This document shows, in pieces, positions 36,561-50,204 of a stretch of 64,000 bases of DNA. The stretch is from Chiloscyllium plagiosum. Taxonomy: Eukaryota. Under the pieces are notes generated by a model. It worked only from the letters and a program-made list of their open reading frames with translations, had not been told where the DNA came from and did no database searches. Both the position numbers and the translations under genes were made by a program. Location: contig NC_057752.1 in assembly GCF_004010195.1 (NCBI RefSeq), positions 13,232,007 through 13,296,006 of the forward strand. The letters are read 5' to 3'. Position 1 is the first letter of the stretch. The number at the start of each line of letters is the position of its first letter.

Positions 36561-39385
36561 AACTCAAGTCAACAGCAAGCCACTTAATTCCCCAAAGGTC
36601 TGTACCTTTGAGAGAAGAGAAAGTTAGAGAAAAAAAAGCATGAATAGTTTTAAAATCCTGGCAACATTTAAAATTAAGCTGCAGGCATTGAACAGAATTG
36701 AAGTAGGAGCATGAATTTAGGAAGACAAGAATGGTCTCAAGATTGTTCCTCACTTAAAGAGGGGCTGGATTGCAACATAGAATACCACACCATAATACAG
36801 GCCCGTCAGCCCTCGATATTGTGCCAACCTTTTTTCCAACTTTACAAAGGAGAAACAAATCTACATTTTTACTATCATCCACATGCCTATCCAAGAGTTG
36901 CTTACATGTCCCTAGTGTTTCTGACTAACAAATTTTTAAAATCTTTGAAAGTGTTCACCATGGGCAAAAACTCCATTTGCAATGTTCATGAGAATTTATG
37001 ACTGAAGTAATTTTGATACTTGCCAAAATGCAACATATTTTGTTCTTGAGATTCAATACTAGCCTTGGTGCAAGAACTTTGTTACATAATTAACTAGTTG
37101 AGAGAACTTTTAAAAAAATTATTGCTTAAATTTTTTAATCTCCACAACTCATGGTCACAAAAATCCCATTGCAGCAGGTGAAATTACACAAGATGTGTTT
37201 CAGAAGGTAATTTCAGCCAATATGGTAACTAACAGCTGTAAACCATGCCAAAAGGCTTCCAATTAGCCAGAATTCACAAGAAAATATTTAGCTGACAAAG
37301 GATTACTCGACCAAATAGAAAGAACACCACTTTGAATTACTCATCTATTAAAGCAAATCTAATTGATTACATTGTTTTGCTTGAAGTGCAAAGATCACAA
37401 AATTAATCCATACATACTCACCCAGGGAATTTTGATCATTTCTATAGTGTGATAGAGACAAAGACAGTTCTACATTTATATTCAAAAATGTAAATTTTTT
37501 TAGGTAGTCGCTGTTAAAGACAAATTTATCCCAACACTAGAGCAGTTACCATAAGTGGTTTATACTCATTACATTTAAAAAAAAATCAAATATTAGGTAG
37601 CTAAATGAATAAGGGCTGGGGTGTGTGGGGTGTCTACTTGCATACGCATTGGCTGAGGTTACTATGAGGGCCTCCACTTCTGACCTTGAAGGCATGGTGA
37701 CCCTCAAGTTAAAATCACCACCAGTCACCCCTGTCTAATGAGAGAGAGCAGTCTGATGAAACGGATCTATCATCTTCTGGGACTATGGTAACTTTACTTA
37801 CTATGCAGGTTTGAAAAAGGTAACTCAGTACAATTTAATCTAGTCTCAGTGAAGTTTTTAAAGAAAAACCTGAGAGTGTGATTGTATGTAAATACAAGTT
37901 AAAGCCATTTTATTCAAAGAATGCACTCATTTAGCCTCCACTAATTCACACCCTGGTTAGACTTCACAATGGGAATTCTAAATGAGTCTTTAGTGGAATG
38001 TAGCCCTTTGTGTGCTTTAGAAGTTGGCCACAGAGACTAAATGGTAGTTTTTGACTGCACCCCATTCCAAATTCATAAGTGTGAACTGTGCTCAAATTGC
38101 TTGCACTCTTATTGAAGTCAGGTGGTTTTGGTACAGAATCACTTAGTCGAGTGAAAGCAATCAAGGTGACATTCCTGCACCATACTGAGGGACTACTGAG
38201 CTGTTGGAAGTGCTGTCCTTCAGCTGAAAGACAAGACAGTACATCCAGTTAAGCGTATTTTGCAGAAAGCAAAGAAACTATCCCCAGTGTCTCAGGTAAT
38301 ATTTGGGCCACCCTTGGATTAGCACTTGCAGCCATAAACCTCTGATGAAAACAAACATTCATACAAGGATCACGTAATGTTAACATCAGGCTGACAGCAA
38401 ACCTTACGATCATTCACTTCAGATTTCTACGTGAGTGATTGTTATTTTGGGTAAGGTCAAGTGTATGTAACAGCACACCCTAACAAAAGGCTAAATCTTC
38501 ATCAGCTCAGTGCTAACCTATGCAAACATTAGCCCTCCTGCACTATACTATGCTGTTAAAAACACCTTTGCAATGGTCATTGCAACCACCAGCACTTACT
38601 ACAGATTTGATGAAAAAGTGACCATCCACAATTGCAAAAAAAAATTCAGAGGGGAATACATACAGTTTACATTTGTGTAGCAAGCCAAAAAAGTGCCCAA
38701 AAGAAAGATTAGGTGAGAAGGCAATGCCAGTGAGGTTTGAACACATTTGTGCACTTGAGAAACATTCAATTTATATAGAGACAAGAAAAGGACTAATTTA
38801 CAACACAGGTGGCCATTCAGTCCATTAATCCACACCAGCGACTCATGGAGCAAAACTATTGACTTTCTGGGGTTGGGGGTGGATTTGGTTTATCTTGTAT
38901 AGAAAACAGTATCTGTATTGAAAAGAACTTTACCTAATCCTCTTCATTTGAGCTATACAGGTTTCAACAGTAGGACAGGGAGGGAGAATTGGGGTAAAAA
39001 AAAACACTGGCCACTTTGAAGCTCTTAAATCAGTTGGAGATTTGACTTTAATCAGAACACCTTAGAAATTAGAGCATGTGTGATCTTGAAAACCATTGCA
39101 CTTGCATCAATTCCAGCTGCTGAACTAAAAAGATTCCTACACAAAATTAATCTTAACTCCTGTCTCAGCCACTTGAACTCCACACTTGAAGCCCCTAGAG
39201 TTCAAACTGTTATGTGAAACTGCTTTGAGCTCAGTGGGGGCCACCTTCACAGCTACCAATTCAACAACCAAGGGAAAGGAAACACTTTTCACCGTTTACC
39301 CTCAACTTTTCAAAAAAAAGTATTAAAAACCACATTAGGTCTCCATAGTGAGGGAGGTTCACTGTTTCAACCCTTTCATATCTAC

Positions 39386-39508
39386 CAGGAGAAAGTGAAG
39401 ACTGCAGATGCTGGAGATCAGAGCTGAAAATGTGTTGCTGGAAAAGCGCAGCAGGTCAGGCAGCATCCAGGGAACAGGAGAAGCGCTTTTCCAGCAACAC
39501 ATTTTCAG
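39386..39508. mobile_element. PLE family A terminus with short inversion, 13-bp TSD
   Basis: CTTTCATATCTAC at 39373-39385 and 39509-39521. Confidence 0.85.
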
Positions 39509-39999
39509 CTTTCATATCTACATCCTAGTTTGGATGTTGCTAAGCCCATTTCACAACATACAAGTAATCAAGATTTCAGAAGGCAGACAGAGACAAAACA
39601 AGGAACAACTCTTTCTGGCAAGTTATGCTTGAAAGCATTGGAAACAAATCCAAAAGTAACTCATTTTAAAAAAAGGAATTGGATATGTACTTGAAAGGGA
39701 GATAATTTTGGAATAGAGAACAAAAAAGGTATAGCACAATGGGCTAAATGGCTTTATTTCTGTGGGCAAAACATTCCATGTTTTTAAAAAAAAAAGGTAT
39801 CCAGAACAAAAACTGGGAAAGGTTGGGCATTTTACATTTGTTTCCCCCATCCACTTGGCTACTCAACAGGTTTTACTCATTTAAAACGTTAAACAGCTCA
39901 CAATTACTTACAATTAGCACACAATCAACTTATCTTCAGCAGGAAGTTCTATTCGAGTAAGAAAATTCATTCCAAAACGCTGATAAAAAAAAAGCTGGT

Positions 40000-41470
40000 T
40001 GCGTGCTCATTGAATCAATATGATGAAATTGCCCATTAAAACACATACGCGCATAATTCGGGTTAAAGTGCGAATTTTGTCCACGCGATTGAAGTGAAAA
40101 ACCAGAATCCCCAACCAAACACGAGAGCTAGCATTACTCCTTCGAGAACGGATAAGTACTTCAAGGAGACAAAGTAACGAAGCTGCTCCTAAGCTTTCAC
40201 AGCAGTATCGTGATTAGATTGGGGTTATTTAGCGTCGGATCTAGATGCTAAACCTAACGAAGTTTCTAAAAATAAACCGATTTATAAAACCCACATTAAA
40301 CTTTAGGACGCCGTGCGGTCGAGAGACGCTATATAAATGCAACTTAAAATGCAATTAGTTGTAAACTACACCATAGTGTAGTTTTCGCTAATTATCTTTT
40401 CACATTTTAGGGGAGGGAGGAGAAATTCAAATTCACAGCACGGGAAAAGATTGACTAATCTCAGGATCTAAAAGTGGTGGAAATTAACTGGATGAAAAAG
40501 GTGCACTTAAACAGCAATAGATGTTTTAAAAAAAAAAGGGAAATGAACCAGTATTTGCTTAGAAATCGATACACAAAAAAAAAACCTCTTGATTTTGAAA
40601 CAAAAACATGCTGAGGGCAAATTTGAAAAAAAAAAGCATCAACAGCAGGACAAACAGATAGTAAACTCAACTTGACATTGAACATATTTAACATGATATT
40701 AAATCACACTGACCTGCAAAAGGAACTTGCAGATAACGCTCACCCCCACAAGTGAGCCCATTCACCAAGACCCTGAACAGGCTTTCAACACTGGCAAGCT
40801 AATTTCAAACAAAAAAAAATCACCTATCCTTGGCTATTTCCTGGCTCCAAGCTTTGTTCATTGGAATATAATCTGCTTCTTTTTTTCCCCCAAAAAAGAC
40901 AAAAGTTTTTGGCCCCTTATCAGCCAATAAAAGGCAAGGCTTTAGAAGTCAGCCGCCTCGCAGTGATTTGAATGGCTTGGGCCCTTTTCAATCAGAAGTC
41001 ATCACCATCTGGGAGATCTCCACATACTGAGATAATTGGCTTGACTTGATCAAAAAAGGGAAGCATCCCACAGGAAATCAGCCCTCGTTCACAGTGTCAC
41101 AAATGAAAGCTTTAAACCCAGTCAAGGGGTTCAAAACAACACAAACACACCCCCCCCCAAAAAAAAGTGTTTAATTTTAATTCAATTGGTTTCAAAATCG
41201 CGATTTAAAAACCCCACCTTCGATTCGAGATACCTTTAAAAAAATTCACCTTCAATCTTTGCAGCAAACCTCACTTTTAATGTATATATTATCCGTGAGG
41301 ACAGTAACTCGACCTTTACCAAACCGCTTCACGAATTCGATGGGGATAGTCGTTTGGTCCGAGTTCGCAGTGAGAAAGGCCATCGGATTTGCAGCTTCAT
41401 GTTCAGTCGGTTTTTGAAGGCGCTAAGAAGGGGCCTCCCTTCTTGAGGTAAAATCGCCCCTCATTTTGGT
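40000..41470 (-). promoter_or_regulatory. Repeat-free, CpG-enriched region: candidate sp5l promoter and first exon
   Basis: CpG clusters at 40000-40340 and 41200-41460. Candidate exon ATG 40761 to CAG|GTCAGT at 40714/40713 (16 codons ending FLLQ, similar in size and ending to Sp5 exon 1 ...LQAFLQ). TCF/SOX-like CTTTGTT at 40852-40858. Confidence 0.5.
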
Positions 41471-42341
41471 GCTCAGGGCTGGTGCACTCCCTTCCAAAAT
41501 AAATATCATGTACTAGCACAAATGTTAACAATGGCATTTATAATTTACAGATTTACTTATTTTAATAATTATACTGGGTAGTGTCAAATGATTAGATTTG
41601 TCTATTTGGGACAATTGATAATAGAGGTGGCAGGTATGACCCAGAAGTTAGGAGTAGTTCTGTGAATGGTGTGTTACCAAGTAAAAAGGGGAAAAATCTC
41701 ATTTAAGATATTGCAATCTGTCCATTTTCCTGTACGCCTCAGAAACCTAGATGGTAAAATCTATGGGATAAAGTCGAGCTCATTGAGATGTGGATGCTAA
41801 GCCATGCTAAAATATCCCAGAAACGAACTGTAAGACGAGTGAAGAGCTTGTTGAAATCGCAAGAGTAAAAAGTGACATTCAGAAAAGAGAATGACAGTAT
41901 TACAGCTGTTTAATCAGAGATGAGAAGCTCCAGGGATTTTTTTTCTATGGGGCAAAGTTGAGGACAGCAGAAAGAGGGGTCAACCCAAGTGTAGTCAGAT
42001 GATGGAAGTCAGAGTGGTTCCAGATATTTCACTGGTTACTACATTTGTGCTTAGAAAATGAGTTGATTCTTGCTATTTTACAGGGAATTTTGACACTTTT
42101 CGAAGATTTATATGTGGTTATCATCCCCAAATCAGAAACTTTTGTTATTCACTCGAGGTGTATGGCTGTCGCTGGCTATTGCAGCAAACTCGTGATGCAA
42201 AACCCCAGCCAGCAGTTTTACTGGCTACAGCTATGCAAGGATAGAGTCATAGAGGTGTACAACACGGACACAGACCCTTCAGTCCAACTCGTCCATGCTG
42301 ACCAGATATCTTAAGTTAATCTAGTCCCATTTGGCACATAT

Positions 42342-43490
42342 CTTGTAAGGGATAGGATTTATTTGTAAGGGATAGGATTTATGAACATCTGGATAGGAAT
42401 AATGTGATCAAGGATAGTCAGCATGGTTTTGTGAAGGGCAGGTCGTGCCTCACAAACCTTATTGAATTCTTTGAGAAGGTGACTAAGGAGGTGGACGAGG
42501 GGAAAGCAGTAGATGTGGTGTATATGGATTTTAGTAAGGCGTTTGATAAGGTTCCCCATGGTAGACTACTGCAAAAAATACGGAGGTATGGCATGGAGGG
42601 TGAGTTGGAAGTTTGGATTAGGAATTGTTGACAGTGAGGAAGGATGTGGCAGGTTACAGCGGGATATAGATAAGCTGCAAATCTGGGCAGAAAGGTGGCA
42701 AATGGAGTTCAATGTGGCTAATTGTGATGTGATTCACTTTGGTAAGAGTAATAAAAAGATGGGGTACTGGGCTAACTGTCGGATACTTGGTAGTGTGGAT
42801 GAGCAGAGGGATCTTGGTGTCCATGTACACAGATCTCTGAAAGTTGCCACCCAGGTAAATAGTGTGGTGAGGAAGGCATATGGCGTACTGGCTTTTATTG
42901 GTAGAGGAATTGAGTTCTGGAGTACTGAGGTCATGTTGCAGTTGTATAAGACTCTGGTGCGTCCGCATCTGGAGTATTGTGTGCAGTTTTGGTCGCCATA
43001 CTATTGGAAGGATGTGGAGGCACTGGAACGGGTGCAGAGGATGTTTACCAGGATGTTGCCTGGTATGGTAGAAAGGTCGTATGAGGAAAGGCTGAGGCAC
43101 TTGGGGTTGTTTTCATTGGAGAAAAGAAGGTTTAGGGTTTACTTGATAGAGGTGTATAAGATGATTAGGGGTTTAGATAGGGTCGACAGTGTGAATCTTT
43201 TTCCACGTATGGAGTCAGCTATTACGAGGGGGCATAGCTTTAAATTAAGGGGGGGGGGGGGTAGGTGTAGGACAGATGTTAGGGGTAGGTTCTTTACTCA
43301 GCGAGTCGTGAGTTCATGGAATGCCCTGCCAGTAGCAGTGGTGGACTCTCCCTCATTATGGGCATTTAAGTGGGCATTGGATAGGCATATGGAGGATAGT
43401 GGGTTAGTATAGGTCAGGTGGGCTTGGATCGGCGCAACATCGAGGGCCGAAGGGCCTGTACTGCGCTGTATTCTTCTATGTTCTATGTTC
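42342..43490 (+). mobile_element. CR1/HER1-like LINE 3' part with internal deletion of the RT core, nested in a minus-strand CR1 (42243-42340 and 43490-44000)
   Basis: YMDFSKAFDKVPH, then a jump from WIRN to DSEEGC that omits the GVPQGS and FADD motifs; ATGTTCT tail; 20-bp direct duplication at the 5' end. Confidence 0.92.
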
Positions 43491-44999
43491 TATCTCTCCA
43501 AACCCTTCCTATTCATGTACCATCCAGATGCCTTTTAAATGTTGTAATTGTACCAATTGCCACTACTTTCTCTGGCAGCTCATTCCATACATGCACCACT
43601 CTGTGTGAAAAAGTTTCCCCCTTAGGTCCCTTGTAAATCTCTTTCCCCTCTCATCTTAAACCTATGGCCCCTAGTTCTGCAACCCACCCACCCCCAAGCA
43701 AAAAAAATACTTTGTCTATTTACCCTATCCAAGCCCCTCATGATTTTATAAAGCTCTATCAGGTCATCCCTCAGCCTCTGACGCTCCAGGGAAAACAGCC
43801 CCAGCCTATTCAGCCTCTCCCTATAGCTCAAACCCTCCAATCCTGGCAACGTGCTTGTAAATCTTTTCTGAACCCTTTCCATTTAACAACATCTTTCCTA
43901 CAGCAGGGAGACCAGAATTGAATGCAGTATTCCAAACGTGGCCTAACCAATGTCCTGTACAGCCGTAACATGACCTCCCAACTCCTAATGCTTTGACCCA
44001 ATCTTTTGCTCAGTTGGCTGAAAGAGCTCCTTATGTGGTTTGACATCCAATCTTAATTCACAGCGTTCTTGGGGCACTTGTTCTATGATAAAGGGGCAAC
44101 ATAAATGTGATTAATGGTTATTGTACATGGCCTCCTGGAGCACCGTGTGTTGTTATATCTTTCAGATAGATGTCCCTTTAAGAGTGCAAAATGCAAACGA
44201 CCCAAATACCCAGATGTTGTCACATGATGATTGACTCTCTGTATTGCAGCACTTGGTACAGGCTGTGTTTGGCGATTCTCTGCACTAAATGTATTAGTTT
44301 GACTGTAAAATCAACCTATCAGAAATCTTTGTGCTATGATGTACATGTCCTGATTACTTACACAATCAGGCCCCAGTTCTTACCTCCAGCATTCTGTCAA
44401 AATGGTGAGCAGAGTTGAAGGTTACAGATGAATGAGACCGGGAGTCTGTTTGATTCCATTCGCCTGGAATATTAGCCCTTCACTTTCCCTAGTGCAGCAT
44501 CCAGCTAATTCTGAAATGAGTGCACTGGTCTGACCTTAGCCGGTCTTCCTCGTGCCCACTCCTCTGTAAAAGGGGTACACAGCTCCAGCTGCTGATCCAC
44601 CTCTGTATAAATCCCTTCTCTCAGGTGAACGTGAAAAACCACCCGCTGTAACAAAGGACTGAGAGTCTGTCCTAGAATCAAGGCCAGAATGTATCTCCCA
44701 GTCAATATCATTCACGACACCGAATGAACGGTGTTATATTTCCAAGTCAGGATGATGAGGGGCTTGGAGGGGAACTTGCAGGGGGTGGTGTTCCCATGTC
44801 TCTGCTGCCCTTGTCCTTCTAGATGGAAGTGGTTGTGGGTTTGGAAGGTGCTGTCTGAGGAGCTTTGGTGAATGTCTGCAGTGCATCTTGTAGACAGTTC
44901 ACACTGCTGCTACTGAGCGTCGGTGGGAGAGGGAGTGGATGTTTGTGGATGTGGGGCCAAACAAGCTGGTTGTTTCATTCTGGATGACGTCAAGTATCT

Positions 45000-45965
45000 T
45001 AAGACCATCAGAAATAGAAACAGGAGGAAGCTGTTTGGCCTCTCCAGTTTGCTGCACCGTTGAACAGGATCATGGCTGATCTGACGTTCCCTACGTCCAC
45101 TCTCCTGCTCTTTTCCCCATAACCCTTGATTCCCGACTGATTGAGAAGCTCTCTATCTCAGCCTTAAATATACACAAGGACTCTGCCCCCACAGCTCTCT
45201 GTGGCAAGGAGTTCTAAACTGAGAGAAGAAATTCCTCCTCATCTCAGTCTTGAATTGGCGCCCTTTATTCTGGTCCGAGACTCTCCCAGGAGGGAAACCT
45301 CCTCTCAGCATTTACCCTGTCAAGCCCCTGAGAAATCCAACATGTTACACTGAGATCATCTCTCATCCTTCTCAACTCCAGTGAGTAGAGTCCCAGCCTG
45401 TTTAACCTTTCCTCATCCCTCCACACCAGGGATCATCCTAGTGAACCTTCTCTGAACTGTCTCCAATGAAATGACATCTTTCCTTATTTAAGGGACCAGA
45501 GCTGCTCGCAGTGTTCCAGACGTGGTCTCACCAGCACCTTGTACAGTTACAGTAAGACTTCCCTACTCTTACACTCCAACCCCCTTGGAATAAGGGCCAA
45601 CATTCCCTGAGCCTTCCTGATTCCCTGCTGCCCCTGTGTGCTAGCTTTCTGTGTTTCAGGCACCAGTCCCCTCCAAGTCCCTTTGTGTTGCAGCTTTCTG
45701 CAGTTTTACCCCATTTAAATAATATCTGTTCTTTTGTTCTCCCTTCCAAAATGAACAACTTCAGATTTTCCCACATTACACTCCATTTGCCAACATTTTG
45801 CCCAATTCCTTAACTTATCAATATTTCTCTCTGAACTGTTTGTATCTCTCTCGTAACTTGCATTTCCATCTATTTTTGTGTTGTCTGCAAATTTGGCGAC
45901 AGTCCATTCACTTCTTCCTCCAAGTCATTAAACAGTTGTGGCCCCAGCACTGATCCCTGTGGAAC
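45000..45965 (-). mobile_element. CR1-like LINE fragment
   Basis: VPQGSVLGPQLF and the CR1 3' region. Confidence 0.85.
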
Positions 45966-46169
45966 AGGGCTGGGTGTGGTTAGAGCTGCCCCCATCCAGG
46001 CAAGTGGGGAGTATACCATCACACTCCTGACTTGTGGAGAGTTTGTCCTCTGATTCTCCTCAACTCCAGATTTGCCGGAAGTTTCTATCTGTTTGGCATT
46101 TGCTGTTATTTCGGTATAAAGCAGCACAGCTCTCCCCTCTCATCATCCTCCCCAATTGAATGGCACTTT

Positions 46170-47700
46170 CTGAATTGAATTGAATTTGTTGTCACGTGTA
46201 CCGAGGCACAGTGAAAAACTTTGTCTTGGGAGCAATCCAGGCAGATCACAGAGTTAAGTAGCATAGAGAAGTAAATAATAGGTAAACAGCAGCAAAAACA
46301 AACACACAGGTACAGGCGCATGTTAAGAGTTTGGGAGTCTATTCAGTATTCTAACAACAGTAGGGTAGAAACTGTTTTGAAACCGGCTGGTGCATGTGTT
46401 CAGGCTTCTGTACCTTCTCCGCGATGGTACAGGTTGTAGAAAAACATTGCCAGGGTGGGATGGATCTTTGAGAATGCTGGCGGCCTTTCCTTGACAGCGG
46501 GCCTGGTAGATGGATTCTATAGATGGGAGGTTGGCCTTTGTGATTGTCTGGGCCGAGTTCACCACTCTCTGTAACCGTCTCCGATCTTGAATGGTACAGT
46601 TGCCACACCAGGTAGTGATACATCCAGACAGAATGCTCTCGATGGCACACCTATAAAAGTTGGCAAGGATATTTGCCATCATGCCAAATTTCCTCAGCTG
46701 CCTGAGGAAGAAGAGATGTTGTTGGGCCTTTGTAACCAGTGCGTCCACATGGAGAGTCCAAGGAAGCTTGTTGTGGATGACCACTCCCAGGAGCTTGACA
46801 CTCTCCATTCGTTCCACCTCTGTGCTGTTAATGTGTGTGTGCGGGGGGGGGCATGAGTAACATCCTGCCGAAAGTCAATAATGAGTTCCTTGGTTTTGCT
46901 GGCATTGAGAGCTAGGTTGTTCTCAGTGCACCATTTTTCCAGGTGCTCCACTGGAATAGGTCTGTAGTCTGTTTCATCGTCATCTGAGATTCGACCGACT
47001 ATGGTGGTGTCATCAGCGAACTTGTAAATGGCATTAGTCTGGTATTTGGTGACGCAGCCATGGGTATACAGTGAGTACAGTAGGGGGCTGAGTATGCACC
47101 CCTGGAGGGCTCCAGTTTTGAGTGTTAGTGAGAATGAAATATTGTCCCCGATCTTCACTGATGGTTTCCTGACCCACAGGCCACAGAGGATCCAGTTGCA
47201 GAGAGTGGGGCTTAGTCCGAGATCACTAAGTTTAGTAATCAGCCTTGAGGGGATAATACTGTTGAAGGCAGTAGTCAATGAATAGGATTCTTACGTAGCT
47301 GTTCTTGATGTTAAGATGTTCTAGGGAGGAGTGAAGGGCAAGTGATACGGCATCTGACGTGGATCTGTTGGTCCAATAGGCAAATTGGAGTGGGTCAAGA
47401 GTAGTGGGGAGGCTGGAGTTGATTTAATGCCATGACCAGCGTTTCAAAGCACTTTATGACCACCGAGGTTAGGGCCACTGTGCGGTAATCATTGAGACAC
47501 GCTGCGTGAGCCTTCTTAGGCCCAGGGATGATGTTGGCCCTCTTGAAACAGGCAGGGAGAGGTTGAAGATGTCGGAGAAGACCTCTGCCAGTTGATCTGC
47601 GCGTGCCCTGAGGCCACGGCCTGGTACTCCGTCTGGTCCCATCGCTTTCCTTGGTTTCACACAAACGAAAACTGACCTGACCTCTGACTGATCTGCCCCA
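46170..47700 (-). mobile_element. Rex1/Babar-clade LINE, 3' half, frameshifted
   Basis: ACLNDYRTVALTSVVIKCFE; GALQGCILSPLLYSLYT; YKFADDTTIVG; KAQQHLFFLRQLRKFG; ESILSGCITTW; (AATTC)n-type tail. Confidence 0.9.
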
Positions 47701-48011
47701 TCTTTATAACCAATCCACAATAATTTTAAAATTTGAGTTCAGAAGTCATAGTTTACCCAAACAGGATGGTTGAGTTCACAAATGATTTTGAGAGTGTATT
47801 AGGAAGCAACTAGTTTAAAAACAACAGAGGAACTACACCAACAGTATATGACTTGTGACTGGTAAACGTAGTTTATCAGCTCCTGAGGATGTGGACAACT
47901 AGACACCGGTAAAGTGCAGTCTCTGCCATCAATAGCTGGTGGCAAAGTGTTAGGAAGTTCGCAGTTTCAAAGAAGAGTCATATTGGACTCAATGTTAACT
48001 CTATCTAGAGT

Positions 48012-48650
48012 GATAGTCATAGAGCTGTACAGCATGGAAACAGACTCTTCAGTCCAACCCATCTATGCCAACCAGGTCTCCGAAATAAATCCATTTGCCA
48101 GCATTTAGCCTATATCTCTCTGAACTCTTCCTATTCATGTACCCATCCAGATGCTTTTTAAATGTTGTAATTGTTCCTGCCTCCATTAACTCCTCTGGCA
48201 GCTCATTCCTTACATGCACCACCCTCCTGCATGTAAAAGGTTTCCCCTTAGGTCCACTTTAAATCTTTCCCCTCTCCCCTTAAACCTATGCCCCTCTAGT
48301 TCTGGACTCGCTTACCCCGGGGAAAAGACCTTGTCTATTTACCCTATCCATGTCCCTCATGATTTTATAAACCTCTATACGGTCGCCTCTCAGCCTCCGA
48401 AGCTCCAGGGAAAATAGCCCCAGCCTATTCAGCCTCTCAAACGCTCCGACCCTGGCAACATCATTGTAAATCTTTTTCTGTACCCTTTCAAGTTTCACAA
48501 CCTCTTTCCTATAGGAAGAAGACCAGAATTGAATGCAGTATTCCAAAAGTGGCCTTAACAATGTCCTGTATAATGGCAACGTGACCTCCCAACTCCTGTA
48601 CTCAATGCATTGACCAGTAAAGACAAGCATACCAAACACCACCTACAATA
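48012..48650 (-). mobile_element. CR1/HER1-like 3' fragment
   Basis: [18 protein letters not shown]. Confidence 0.88.
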
Positions 48651-50204
48651 TGCTGTCTACTTGATTTCTCACTTCACAGATGCTGCCAGACCTCCGGTTT
48701 TCTGTCTAATGATTGCAGCCAGCAGGGATCACTGGGAAAAAATTACTTGCCTGTCCAAACTCTTTCCCCACCCCCTACCCCCACCTTGTAATCCTGTTTT
48801 AGCCTTTAGGCAGGCAGGCAGTATGTATGTATGTATAGGGTTGACTTTCGTGACCTATCAGGAATATCTGTGCTAGAGACCTGCAGAGATAACAGGGGCT
48901 GAATAGAATTTTTAAAAAAGCATATTATCTAAATGGTGAAAGATTGCAGAGCTCTGAGATGCAGAGGAATCCAGGTCTCCTAATACATGGATTACAATGG
49001 GTTAGTTTGCAAATACAGCAAGTAATTAGGAAAGATAGCAGAATATTACCATTTATTGTGAGGGGAATTGAATGCAAAAATAGGGACCTGGAATGGATGG
49101 GTTGCCTTGGGAGGAAAGGCTGTACAGACTAGGCTCAAATCTCCTGGAGTTTAAAAGAGTAAGTAGAAATTTGTTCGAAACATAGGGACAATCCAGGAAA
49201 TATTCCACCAGTGAGCTTTTCATGAGTGGTAGGGAGATTATTGGAGAAGATTCTCAGGGATAGGATTTACTTGCATTTGGAGAATAAGTTTATGAGGGAT
49301 AGTCCACCTGGTTTTTTTTTCCGCAGGGAGAGTCTCCTAATACATAGATTACAAAAGGTTAGTTTGCAAATACAACAAGTAATTAGGAAAAGTAGCAGAA
49401 TGTTACCCATTTATTGTGAGGGGAATTGAATACAAAAATAGGGACCTGGAATGGATGGGTTGCCTTGGGAGGAAAGGCTTAACAGATGTTTTTGAGGAGA
49501 TGACAAAGATGATTAAGGATAAGGCAGCAGATATTGTCTGCATGGACTTTACTAAAGCATTTGACAAGATCCCGCATCTTCAGGGTGGACAGGGATAGGG
49601 TCATTGGGGGTGGTGTCTGGGTGAGATGTTCTTCAGAGGGTCGGTTTGGACTGGATGGGCTGAAAGGTCTGTTTCCATACTGGGGGGATTCTATAAGACC
49701 CTGAGGAGGCTTGTCAAAGTAAATGTGGACAAGATGGTTTCCCTTACAGGAGAATGTAGACCTAGGGGTCACTGTTTAAAAATAAGTGGTTGCCCATTTT
49801 ACAACAAACATGAGGTGAATCTTTACAATGTTTTCCTGAAAAGGTGCTCGAAGCAGAATCCTCTTTAACATTTTTAAGACCGAGGAGATTAACTCCTTTA
49901 GTGAAGGGGTAAAAGTTACCAGGGCTGGAAATGTGTTGCTGGAAAAGCGCAGCAGGTCAGGCAGCATCCAGGGAACAGGAGAATCGACGTTTCCATTAGA
50001 GGCTATGATCTGCCTGAGACTGCTCTGCCATTTAAAAGGTCGGATGGCCAACTCCTGCTTCCAGTGCACACGAACTGGACTTGGTTTGAGTTAAGATGCA
50101 GGCAGCAGAGGTTTGGATACCCATGTTTATGGAAAGTAGTGTGAGAGACTACAGAGGCATGTGGTGGAATGATCAAATGTGAACAGAATGTAGGCAGGAT
50201 TGAG

